A stretch of 32,000 nt of DNA from Nitrososphaerota archaeon (GTDB lineage: Archaea > Thermoproteota > Nitrososphaeria > Nitrososphaerales > Nitrosopumilaceae), in assembly GCA_022564515.1 (NCBI GenBank), contig JADFLH010000010.1:8534-40533 (forward strand), read 5' to 3'. Under the pieces are notes generated by a model. That model searched no databases, was not told the DNA's origin, and worked only from the letters and a program-made list of their open reading frames with translations. The position numbers and the translations under genes are program-made. Of this stretch, positions 17,768-25,623 are shown piece after piece (the first letter of the stretch is position 1; each line of letters starts with the position of its first letter).

Positions 17768-18370
17768 ATGACTCCTGATCCTAGGATAAACTCACTCTTA
17801 GATCAAACAAATCGATTATTCTTAAAAAAAAGATTTAGAGAAGCAATTTCATTTTATGATGAAATATTGAAAATAGATCAAAATCATCTTAATGTTTTAA
17901 ACAATAAAGGTTATGCGTTAAGTAAATTAGGAAACTACTCTGATGCATTGGCTTGTTATGACAAAGCATTAAGGATTAATCCAACAGATATGTCAGTTTT
18001 AATAAATAAAATTTCAGCATTACGAAAAGTAGGAGAACATAAAAAAGCAATAGAATATTGTGACATCATTTTAAACATAAATCCAAACTATAATGTGGTT
18101 TTGTATCACAAAGAAAGGATTTTACATTCAATTGGAAGATATAAAGAATCTATCTTATGTTGCGATAAAATTCTTAAAGATTATCCCGAAAATGGCGATG
18201 TCTTGTTTGACAAATCAACCAGTTTGGCTTTGCTTGAAAAATTTAATGAAAGCATATCAAATCTTGAAAAAGCCATTAGATCAGGTAATCAGTTTAAGAT
18301 TAAAGCACAAAAAAGCAAAGCATTTGAAAAATTACTTTCAAACCAAAGATTTCAAAAATTAGTTAGTTAA
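17768..18370 (+). CDS. Tetratricopeptide (TPR) repeat protein
   Basis: About five tandem 34-residue repeats, each with the W/A-x-x-x-G-x-x-L...Y..A...Y..AL..NP pattern (for example ALACYDKALRINPTD and AIEYCDIILNINPNY). Confidence 0.8.
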   Translation: MTPDPRINSLLDQTNRLFLKKRFREAISFYDEILKIDQNHLNVLNNKGYALSKLGNYSDALACYDKALRINPTDMSVLINKISALRKVGEHKKAIEYCDIILNINPNYNVVLYHKERILHSIGRYKESILCCDKILKDYPENGDVLFDKSTSLALLEKFNESISNLEKAIRSGNQFKIKAQKSKAFEKLLSNQRFQKLVS

Positions 18371-18378
18371 ATTGAAAA

Positions 18379-19374
18379 TTAAAGCCAGTGTGGTATTTGT
18401 AGATACCCCTCTATGCTTTCATTTCGCAAAATTTTCAAAAGAGCATTTGCTTGTGGTGTGGAGAGTAACGGTTTTTCAAAATGGTTGTCTGTTGATATCC
18501 TTGGGCATGCAACTTGGATAAAGGCATCAATTCCTTTTAGATTTCTTAATCTATCGTTGGTAATATCAGTTAAAGCAAAAAGCTGAACAGTTTTTCCTTC
18601 CTTTTCTAACTCTCGTTTGAATTTTAGAGCCGTAATTTTTGAGAGCTGACCTTCCTTTAATCCTACAATTATTCCAAATGTTTCAGCCTCTGATGCTTTA
18701 TAAATTGCTAGAGTTGCTTTTTTCTGTATTTTTTGAGCAAATTCTGTAATTTCCTTTACTTCATTAAAGTATGGGTCAAGCACATAGGTTGGTTTGTTTG
18801 TTGCTAATGCAATTCCAACTGCATGAAAATTACTCTGACCTAGAAAAACATTTACGTCAACTTCATCTTTTGTTTCCATTGCTGGATAAAACTCACAACC
18901 AAATACTTGAGCATCATTAAGCTGACCTTTCCCTTTTCCAATCTTAACTTGAATTCCTTCTTTGGTCAAAATCTCTTTAACTGTATCCACTTGATGAAGA
19001 TGCTGACTATCAGTAATCAAAGAAACACTTTTTCCTTTAAGAATTTCAATACACTTTCTTGTAACTTTATCAAATGTAATGTCATCAAAAGCATCAATCA
19101 TTACAACATTGTCATCAAAGGTTTCCATACTGATTGTGTGTCCAATATGAAACAAAATCTCAGTTCCTAGAACTTTTGCACTATTTGAGTTAAGATCACA
19201 AGAACCCCATGTAGTATCTGCTAAGACATATGCAGGAATTCCAAATCTTTTCATAATTTTTGATGCAGTTTCTTGAACTTTAGGCAGAATTCCATCAGGT
19301 CCATTTATTGCAACCGAAACAGGTTTTCTCTTTGTAATCTCATTAAAGATTTTTTTTTCATCTATAACTATCAA
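18379..19374 (-). CDS. dph2: 2-(3-amino-3-carboxypropyl)histidine synthase (diphthamide synthesis, Dph2)
   Basis: 331 aa. The three-domain Dph1/2 pattern carries the conserved Cys-containing segments WGSCD, FGCEF and QVACPR for the [4Fe-4S] cluster, plus an HIGHT motif. Confidence 0.82.
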   Translation of the reverse strand: MIVIDEKKIFNEITKRKPVSVAINGPDGILPKVQETASKIMKRFGIPAYVLADTTWGSCDLNSNSAKVLGTEILFHIGHTISMETFDDNVVMIDAFDDITFDKVTRKCIEILKGKSVSLITDSQHLHQVDTVKEILTKEGIQVKIGKGKGQLNDAQVFGCEFYPAMETKDEVDVNVFLGQSNFHAVGIALATNKPTYVLDPYFNEVKEITEFAQKIQKKATLAIYKASEAETFGIIVGLKEGQLSKITALKFKRELEKEGKTVQLFALTDITNDRLRNLKGIDAFIQVACPRISTDNHFEKPLLSTPQANALLKILRNESIEGYLQIPHWL

Positions 19375-19457
19375 TTAACAGTAAAAATTTACTTGATTTT
19401 AATTTAAACCATCCCAATTTCATTCAATAACAACTCAAAAATGTTAGCTAATACTAA

Positions 19458-20795
19458 TTGAAATTGTTGAGAACAAAAACAATTCTAAACATTGGTTTTG
19501 ATGACACTGATTCTCCGAAAGGAATGTGTACTACATATCTTGCCTATAAAATAGTAAATTATCTCATAAAGGAAAATGTAGAATTCCTTGACTATCCTAC
19601 ACTTGTTAGATTTAATCCAAATATTCCATGGAAAACTAGAGGAAACGGAGCAGTAGGACTAAAGATTAAGACTAGATATCCTACGAAAATAAAGAAGAAA
19701 ATCACTGATTTGGTTTTCAAATATTCTGACATCAAAAACGGTGCTAACCCTGCATTGGTATTTTATGAAAATGAAACTATTCCAGATCAATTCAAAAAAT
19801 TCAGTGAATTGGCGCTATCTCAATTAGTAAAACGAGCTTACGCTAAAAAGTTTGCAACGAACAAAAATCTTGAATCATTTTATGTTGGTAATGGTCAGGG
19901 TTTGGTAGGTGCAATTGGTGTAATAGGATACCAATTTGATGATCAAACCGTAGAACTACTAAGCTATAGAAAAAAATCACACTTTGGCAAAGAACGAATC
20001 ATTTCAAAAAAAAGTGTAAAACAAATGCAAGAAAAAACACAACCTTACACCTTCAATAATTATGATGAAACTAAAAATAAGGTATTGATCACTCCTCATG
20101 GACCTGATCCAGTATTTTATGGAATTAGAGGAGAAAACACAAAATCACTGCTTCAAGCATCAAAATTAATCAAAATTAAAGAACAACTGGATGGATATCT
20201 TATTTTCAAGTCTAATCAAGGAACATCCGCTCATTTAAAAAATGAAATCAATGTTAATGAAATGAAACCATATTCATCTGGAACAGTAACAGGTTTTGTT
20301 TCAAAAGAACCTGTTATGAAAAAAGGAGGACATGTTTTCTTTTCTATTATTTCTAAAAGTAGAGTAGTGAGGTGTGCTTTATACGAACCATCTGGCATCA
20401 CTACTGAAATGATGGATTTGAAAAAAGGCGATAAACTAACGATTGGAGGAGCGGTAAGAAAAGCCTCAAAAAAACATCCTAGAATCATAAATGTAGAATT
20501 CATACAATTACTGCATTTGGAAAAAAATTTCCAATTGTCAAATCCTTTGTGCTTAAAATGTAACAAGAAAATGAAATCAAAGGGAAAAAATCAGCTATTT
20601 CAATGCATTAAATGTGGAAAAAAATCAAACAAAAAAATCATTGAACACATTCCGAGAAAGATCAAAAAACAAATGTATTTGCCTGTCATTTCAGCACAAC
20701 GACATTTAACAAGACCACTGCAACGATTAGGCGTTTCAAATAAGCATATTATATTTGATAATTCTTTTCCCTGGTTTCACATTTTTAAAAACTGA
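19458..20795 (+). CDS. tiaS: tRNA(Ile2) 2-agmatinylcytidine synthetase TiaS
   Basis: The N-terminal IGFDDTDSPKGMCTTYLA hallmark is present, with a central OB-like region and a C-terminal zinc ribbon CLKCN...CIKCG. The conserved motif precedes the first in-frame ATG, so one of the TTG codons at 19458, 19464 or 19467 must be the start. An in-frame TAA at 19455-19457 bounds the ORF. Confidence 0.88.
   Translation: MKLLRTKTILNIGFDDTDSPKGMCTTYLAYKIVNYLIKENVEFLDYPTLVRFNPNIPWKTRGNGAVGLKIKTRYPTKIKKKITDLVFKYSDIKNGANPALVFYENETIPDQFKKFSELALSQLVKRAYAKKFATNKNLESFYVGNGQGLVGAIGVIGYQFDDQTVELLSYRKKSHFGKERIISKKSVKQMQEKTQPYTFNNYDETKNKVLITPHGPDPVFYGIRGENTKSLLQASKLIKIKEQLDGYLIFKSNQGTSAHLKNEINVNEMKPYSSGTVTGFVSKEPVMKKGGHVFFSIISKSRVVRCALYEPSGITTEMMDLKKGDKLTIGGAVRKASKKHPRIINVEFIQLLHLEKNFQLSNPLCLKCNKKMKSKGKNQLFQCIKCGKKSNKKIIEHIPRKIKKQMYLPVISAQRHLTRPLQRLGVSNKHIIFDNSFPWFHIFKN
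20787..20791 (-). terminator. Oligo-T tract downstream of the tRNA (putative archaeal terminator)
   Basis: The minus strand reads ...CCCCGCT-A-TTCAG-TTTTT beginning 6 nt after the discriminator. The tract lies inside the last codons of tiaS on the other strand. Confidence 0.35.
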
Positions 20796-20796
20796 A

Positions 20797-20903
20797 TAGC
20801 GGGGAGTAGATTTGAACTACTGATTTACGGGTATCTCAAGGTAATGTTTATGAGCCCGCCGGGATGACTTTGTCCTAAAGTAGTCTGACTTCCCCACCCC
20901 GCT
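20797..20903 (-). tRNA. Initiator-type tRNA-Met (anticodon CAT) with a 16-nt intron at 37/38 and about 16 extra nt in the D-loop
   Basis: The minus strand reads AGCGGGG-TG-GGGA-(26-nt D-loop)-TCCC-G-GCGGG-CTCATA-[AACATTACCTTGAGAT]-A-CCCGT-AAATC-AGTAG-TTCAAAT-CTACT-CCCCGCT-A. It has a perfect 7-bp acceptor stem with A1:U72 and three G:C pairs closing the anticodon stem, both archaeal initiator hallmarks. The T-arm is normal and the discriminator is A. The anticodon lies at 20852..20850. CCA is not encoded. Confidence 0.85.
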
Positions 20904-20926
20904 GAAACAATGGGAGTAATGTGCTG

Positions 20927-20932
20927 TATATA
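20927..20932 (-). promoter_or_regulatory. Putative TATA box for the tRNA gene
   Basis: A TATATA element is centred about 26 nt upstream of the mature tRNA 5' end (20903), the canonical archaeal TATA-to-TSS spacing. Confidence 0.5.
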
Positions 20933-20986
20933 CGCTTTATCAAAAAGTTGAAAGTAATTAATAGGAATTGAAAAGCTCAACCTTTT

Positions 20987-22081
20987 GTGAATAAGAAGTT
21001 AAGAATTATAGGAATTGTGGGTGCCTTAATTGCCTCAATAATTATAATTACCTCTCCAGGTACACCTCTTCCCTTTCCTGAACCAACAACAACTATTGAA
21101 GGAACAGATTCTGTTGAAGTACTAGCAACCAATCTTGAAAAACCAAGAGCAATAGCTTTTGGAGATGAAAGAATATTTGTGACAGAAAAAATTGGTAGAA
21201 TAAGGATTATTCAAGATGGTATTTTGTTAGCTGAACCTCTTGCAACTTTAAGAACTGCAAATTTATTTGATGGTGGATTACTCGGCATAACAACTCATCC
21301 TGATTTTTCTGTTAATCACTATATTTATGTATACTATACCTATGAAGAAGGAGGTAATTTATGGAACAAAATTTTGAGAATTACTGAATCGAAGAATAAA
21401 CTTGAGGATGCAGATACTATTTTTGACAAAATTCCCGGCTCTAAATTCAGTAATGGTGGAGTAATAAAATTTGGACCTGATGAAAAACTATATGTTGCAA
21501 CTGGGTCTATTTCTGACACTTCGTATCTTCCACAAGATCTTGAATCCCTAACTGGAAAAATTTTAAGACTAAACGACGATGGTTCAATTCCTAATGATAA
21601 TCCATTTCCAAACTCGCCCGTGTTTTCCTATGGACACAGAAATCCTCAAGGCATGACTTGGGATAAATTTGGAAATCTCTATGTTGCTGAATTTGGTCCA
21701 ACTAAAAACGATGAAATCAATCTAATTAATGCTGGCCAAAATTATGGCTGGCCTTCTCAAGAGTGTTCAGGAGGAGATTTTATTGATCCATTAATTTGTT
21801 ATGACCCAAGTATTGAACCAGGAGGCATTGTTTTTTACTCTGGCAATAAACTTGAACTTGAAGGCTTTATGATAATGGCCACTCTTCGGGCTTCCCACCT
21901 TTTCAAACTCGATATTAATGAGGAGGGTATGATTTCACAAAAAAGCATCTTGAGCGGAATTGGAAGAATTAGAGATGTAATCGAGGATCCTGATGGAAAT
22001 CTATACATTATTACATCAAACACCGATGGAAAAGGTTTTCCTGATAGTACTGATGACAAATTATTGAGGATAGTAAAGTAA
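20987..22081 (+). CDS. PQQ-dependent sugar dehydrogenase homolog (soluble glucose/sorbosone dehydrogenase family), membrane-anchored or secreted
   Basis: An N-terminal hydrophobic anchor IIGIVGALIASIIIIT is followed by family motifs GLLGITTHPDF, GGVIKFGPDEKLYVATGS, GHRNPQGMTWD, DEINLINAGQNYGWP and RIRDVIEDPDGNLYIITSN. The start is GTG. Confidence 0.82.
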   Translation: MNKKLRIIGIVGALIASIIIITSPGTPLPFPEPTTTIEGTDSVEVLATNLEKPRAIAFGDERIFVTEKIGRIRIIQDGILLAEPLATLRTANLFDGGLLGITTHPDFSVNHYIYVYYTYEEGGNLWNKILRITESKNKLEDADTIFDKIPGSKFSNGGVIKFGPDEKLYVATGSISDTSYLPQDLESLTGKILRLNDDGSIPNDNPFPNSPVFSYGHRNPQGMTWDKFGNLYVAEFGPTKNDEINLINAGQNYGWPSQECSGGDFIDPLICYDPSIEPGGIVFYSGNKLELEGFMIMATLRASHLFKLDINEEGMISQKSILSGIGRIRDVIEDPDGNLYIITSNTDGKGFPDSTDDKLLRIVK

Positions 22082-22082
22082 A

Positions 22083-23339
22083 TTGAAAGATTCTTCAATA
22101 CCAAATTTTTTTGAAAAAAGTCGAAAGGATAGACTGAATATAGTGAAAGACTTTGCGGATTTGTCAAAGGAAGAGCTCGAAATTTTAGAAAATTCCTGTG
22201 GAGGAATTTCTTTTGATAATGCAGACAAAATGATCGAAAATGCAATTGGAACTTTCTCACTTCCATTGGGAATAGCAACAAATTTTCGAATTAACGATAA
22301 AGATTACTTGGTTCCTATGGTAATAGAAGAACCATCTGTTATTGCAGCTGCCTCAAAAGCTGCAAAAATTGCTAAAATCAAAGGGGGTTTCAAAGTTGAT
22401 ACTGGTGAATCATACGGCATTGGCCAAATCCAAGTTTTGAATGTTGACATAAAATCTGCTGTTAAAAACATCAATGAATCTTCCAAAAAAATACTTGACC
22501 TTGCAAATTCACAAAGTACCACCCTGCAAAAGATGGGAAAAGGTGCCAAAGAAGTATCTTGTAGAGAAGTTAAAACTGATTCAATTTCCATGTTGATTGT
22601 TGAGCTTTTAATAGATGTTGGTGATGCAATGGGGGCAAATGTAACAAACTCAATGTGTGAAGCTGTTGTCCCTCTAATTGAAAAACTGACGGGAGGAAAA
22701 GTATTATTGCGAATTCTATCAAATTATTATACACGTCGAATGGTTAAAGCCACAGCAGTCTTTGACAAAGAAAGAGTTGGTGGAGACGAGACTGTAGATA
22801 ATATACTATTAGCTTATCAATTTGCTGCAAATGATGTCTATAGAGCTGTCACACACAATAAAGGAATTATGAATGGGATTATAGCCGTAGCCAATGCAAC
22901 TGGACAAGATAACAGGGCAATTGAGGCGGCTGCTAATGCATATGCAGCACACTCTGGCAAGTATCGTTCATTAACTGAATGGTCAAAAGATGAACAGGGA
23001 AACTTGGTCGGTAAGCTAGAATTACCATTGTCTGTTGGAATTGTTGGAGGAATTACCCAAGTACACCCAATAGCAAAAATCTGCACAAAGATTCTTGGCG
23101 TTTCCTCTGCCAATGAATTAGCAGGGATTTTGACTGCAACGGGACTAGCTCAAAATTTTAGTGCGCTTCACGCATTAGTTACTGAAGGAATCCAAAAGGG
23201 TCACATGGGGCTTCACGCACGAAACCTTGCAGCAGCAGCTGGAGTAAAACCACACCAGATTGATGAAATCGTAAAAAAAATGATTCATGAGAATAATATC
23301 TCACTCGTTAGAGCAAAGGAATTGCTTAACGAAATTTAA
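22083..23339 (+). CDS. hmgA: Hydroxymethylglutaryl-CoA reductase, class II (bacterial/Pseudomonas mevalonii type)
   Basis: Motifs ENAIGTFSLPLGIATNF, VPMVIEEPSVIAAAS, DAMGANVTN, HNKGIMNGI..ATGQDNRA.EAAA.AYAA, VGIVGG and GHMGLHARN follow the class II pattern. The TTG start lies 1 nt after the upstream stop. The first in-frame ATG is at about residue 50, inside the conserved region. Confidence 0.88.
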   Translation: MKDSSIPNFFEKSRKDRLNIVKDFADLSKEELEILENSCGGISFDNADKMIENAIGTFSLPLGIATNFRINDKDYLVPMVIEEPSVIAAASKAAKIAKIKGGFKVDTGESYGIGQIQVLNVDIKSAVKNINESSKKILDLANSQSTTLQKMGKGAKEVSCREVKTDSISMLIVELLIDVGDAMGANVTNSMCEAVVPLIEKLTGGKVLLRILSNYYTRRMVKATAVFDKERVGGDETVDNILLAYQFAANDVYRAVTHNKGIMNGIIAVANATGQDNRAIEAAANAYAAHSGKYRSLTEWSKDEQGNLVGKLELPLSVGIVGGITQVHPIAKICTKILGVSSANELAGILTATGLAQNFSALHALVTEGIQKGHMGLHARNLAAAAGVKPHQIDEIVKKMIHENNISLVRAKELLNEI

Positions 23340-23362
23340 ACAGAAAATTATATAGCTGCTTT

Positions 23363-24355
23363 GTGAGAGGGGAAGGATTGTCAAAGGTAAAATTCGCAAT
23401 TCCAAAAGGTAGCTTAGAAGAGGCTACATTCAAAATACTAGAAAAAGCTTGGACGAAGGTTGATCGAAGGAGCAGAACATACAGGGTATATCTTGATGAC
23501 CCACAAATAATGGTGAAGATGTTAAGACCACAAGAAATTCCAATATTAGTCGCTGACGGTCTATATGATGTAGGAATTACTGGAAAGGACTGGATTGGTG
23601 AAACAAAAGCACATGTTGAATTACTTTTGGATTTAGAATATGGAAAAATAAAATTGGTAATTGCATTTCCAGATAAACATCGTTATAAAAATATTGATTC
23701 AATGATTGCAGATTATGCAAAAAAGAAAAAAACACTTAGAATATCATCTGAATATTTAACAACTACTTCTAAATTTATTAAACAATCTAGATCATACAAG
23801 AAATTTTATGGATCTAAAGATCCTCTTATCGTGACACCATGGTTACGTCTTGGAACAAATAAAAATGTACAAATTCATTTGTCATTTGGAGCAACTGAAG
23901 CCAAACCACCTGAAGATGTTGATGCAATTATGGATGTTACACAAACCGGAACTACTTTAAAACAAAATAAACTCAAAATTGCCGATAAAGTTTTAGAATC
24001 TAGCGCTCATTTGATAGCAAATAAGAACTCATTGAAGGATCAATCTAAACGAGAAAAAATCTTTGATATAGTAACTTTGATGCGTGGAGCAGTGCAAGGA
24101 AAAAAACATTTGCACATCTATCTAAATGTAAAAGAAAAGAATCTCACAAAACTACTTAAACAGATTCCAGCGTTGAAAAAACCTACTCTCAGTCCTTTAA
24201 GTGAAAAGGGTTGGTACGGGGTAAATACTATAATCTTAAAATCTGACTTGCATAAACTAGTTCCCAAACTGAGAAAGCTCGCTCAAGGTTTAGTTGTTCA
24301 TGAACTAAGGCAAATTCTGGAATTAGAGGAGATAAAACGTGACGAAGAAAATTGA
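23363..24355 (+). CDS. hisG: ATP phosphoribosyltransferase, long form with a C-terminal regulatory domain
   Basis: The KFAIPKGSLEE start, the signature EAKPPEDVDAIMDVTQTGTTLKQNKL and a C-terminal HisG_C-like domain (KKPTLSPL...GWYGVNTII) are present. The start is GTG 23363 or TTG 23378, the latter preceded by the purine-rich GAGGGGAAGGA. Confidence 0.85.
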   Translation: MRGEGLSKVKFAIPKGSLEEATFKILEKAWTKVDRRSRTYRVYLDDPQIMVKMLRPQEIPILVADGLYDVGITGKDWIGETKAHVELLLDLEYGKIKLVIAFPDKHRYKNIDSMIADYAKKKKTLRISSEYLTTTSKFIKQSRSYKKFYGSKDPLIVTPWLRLGTNKNVQIHLSFGATEAKPPEDVDAIMDVTQTGTTLKQNKLKIADKVLESSAHLIANKNSLKDQSKREKIFDIVTLMRGAVQGKKHLHIYLNVKEKNLTKLLKQIPALKKPTLSPLSEKGWYGVNTIILKSDLHKLVPKLRKLAQGLVVHELRQILELEEIKRDEEN

Positions 24356-25623
24356 TGAAAATCATAGCTCCTCGTAATATCGAGGATTTTGCAGATTCAG
24401 TTACGCCTAAACCCCCAAAACAAAACGAAAAGATAGTCAAATCCATTCTTTTAGATGTTAAAAAAAACGGAGATTTGGCAGTAAAGCGTTACGAAAAAAA
24501 ATTCGGGGGAGCTACTCTTGGAACATTGCGAATAACAAAAAAAGAGATAGAATATGCTTACTCTAAAGTATCTAAAAAAGAAATTGCGGCAATAAAACTT
24601 GCCAAATACAGATTATTAAAAACTGAAAAGACAATAAAAAATCAATTAAAAAATTCTAAAATCATTATTGATGGAATAAAAATCACTAAATCATTTTCGC
24701 CAATTCAAAGTGTTGGATGTTATGTGCCAGGAGGTCTAGCTAGATATCCTACAACAGTAATCATGTCTGTAGTGCCAGCCAAAGTTGCAGGCGTTAAAAG
24801 AATTGTGGTAACTTCTCCTCCAAACAAACAAGGAAAATTAGATCTTCTTACCATAGTAGCAGCAGATATTTGCGGTGCAACTGAAATTTATAAAACAGGT
24901 GGAGCACAAGCAATAGCTGCTCTTACTTTTGGCACAAAATCAATCCAAAAAGTTGACAAGATTGTAGGTCCTGGTGGCTATTTTGTGACTTTAGCTAAAA
25001 CATTTGTTAGTAATATAACTTCGATCGATATGATTGCTGGACCAACAGAACTTGGAATTGTTGCTGATAATTCGGCTGATCCAAATCTTGTGGCCGCTGA
25101 TTTAATTTCTCAAGCAGAACACAGCTCTGATACATTTTGTTTTTTGATTACAACCTCTTACAAACTTGCCAAATCAGTAAAACAAATTGTAAATAAAAAA
25201 ATAAAAAAATTGAAAAGAAGCAAAATAGTAAAAGCCAGTCTTTCCAAAAATGGTTTCCTCGCAGTTTGCAAATCTGAAAGTGATGTCATAAAACTCGCAA
25301 ACAGATTAGCTCCTGAACACTTGGAAATTATTTCAAAGAATCAATACCTCATTGCTGAAAAAATCAATACTCCTGGAATAGTCCTTATTGGAAAATATAC
25401 TCCATCATCTGCCAGTGACTATCTTTTAGGCTCAAATCACATTCTTCCTACTAACAGATTTGGCAGAGTCAGAGGTTCACTTTCAGTCCTTGATTTTATC
25501 AAATTAGGAACAAGAGTAGAATCTTCAAAATCAGTCTTGCGAAAGCTTTCAAAGTATATGGAAGCCCTTACAGCTGCTGAAGATCTTCCAAATCACTATG
25601 AAGCAGTAAGGAGTAGATTATGA
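24352..25623 (+). CDS. hisD: Histidinol dehydrogenase
   Basis: 423 aa with CYVPGG, GGAQAIAALTFGT, IVGPGG, IAGPTE, SQAEHSSD and APEHLE motifs. It overlaps both neighbours by 4 bp. Confidence 0.93.
   Translation: MMKIIAPRNIEDFADSVTPKPPKQNEKIVKSILLDVKKNGDLAVKRYEKKFGGATLGTLRITKKEIEYAYSKVSKKEIAAIKLAKYRLLKTEKTIKNQLKNSKIIIDGIKITKSFSPIQSVGCYVPGGLARYPTTVIMSVVPAKVAGVKRIVVTSPPNKQGKLDLLTIVAADICGATEIYKTGGAQAIAALTFGTKSIQKVDKIVGPGGYFVTLAKTFVSNITSIDMIAGPTELGIVADNSADPNLVAADLISQAEHSSDTFCFLITTSYKLAKSVKQIVNKKIKKLKRSKIVKASLSKNGFLAVCKSESDVIKLANRLAPEHLEIISKNQYLIAEKINTPGIVLIGKYTPSSASDYLLGSNHILPTNRFGRVRGSLSVLDFIKLGTRVESSKSVLRKLSKYMEALTAAEDLPNHYEAVRSRL

Noticed and set aside
20797-20903. The CAU tRNA being tRNA-Ile2, the TiaS substrate, given its adjacency to tiaS.
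   Set aside because: The A1:U72 terminal pair, the AGCGGGG acceptor start and three consecutive G:C pairs at the bottom of the anticodon stem are initiator hallmarks. This cannot be fully excluded without the genome's full CAU tRNA set.
21835-22281. 148-aa minus-strand ORF bridging the PQQ-dehydrogenase and hmgA genes.
   Set aside because: It is antisense to two genes with clear family motifs, and it has no signal of its own.
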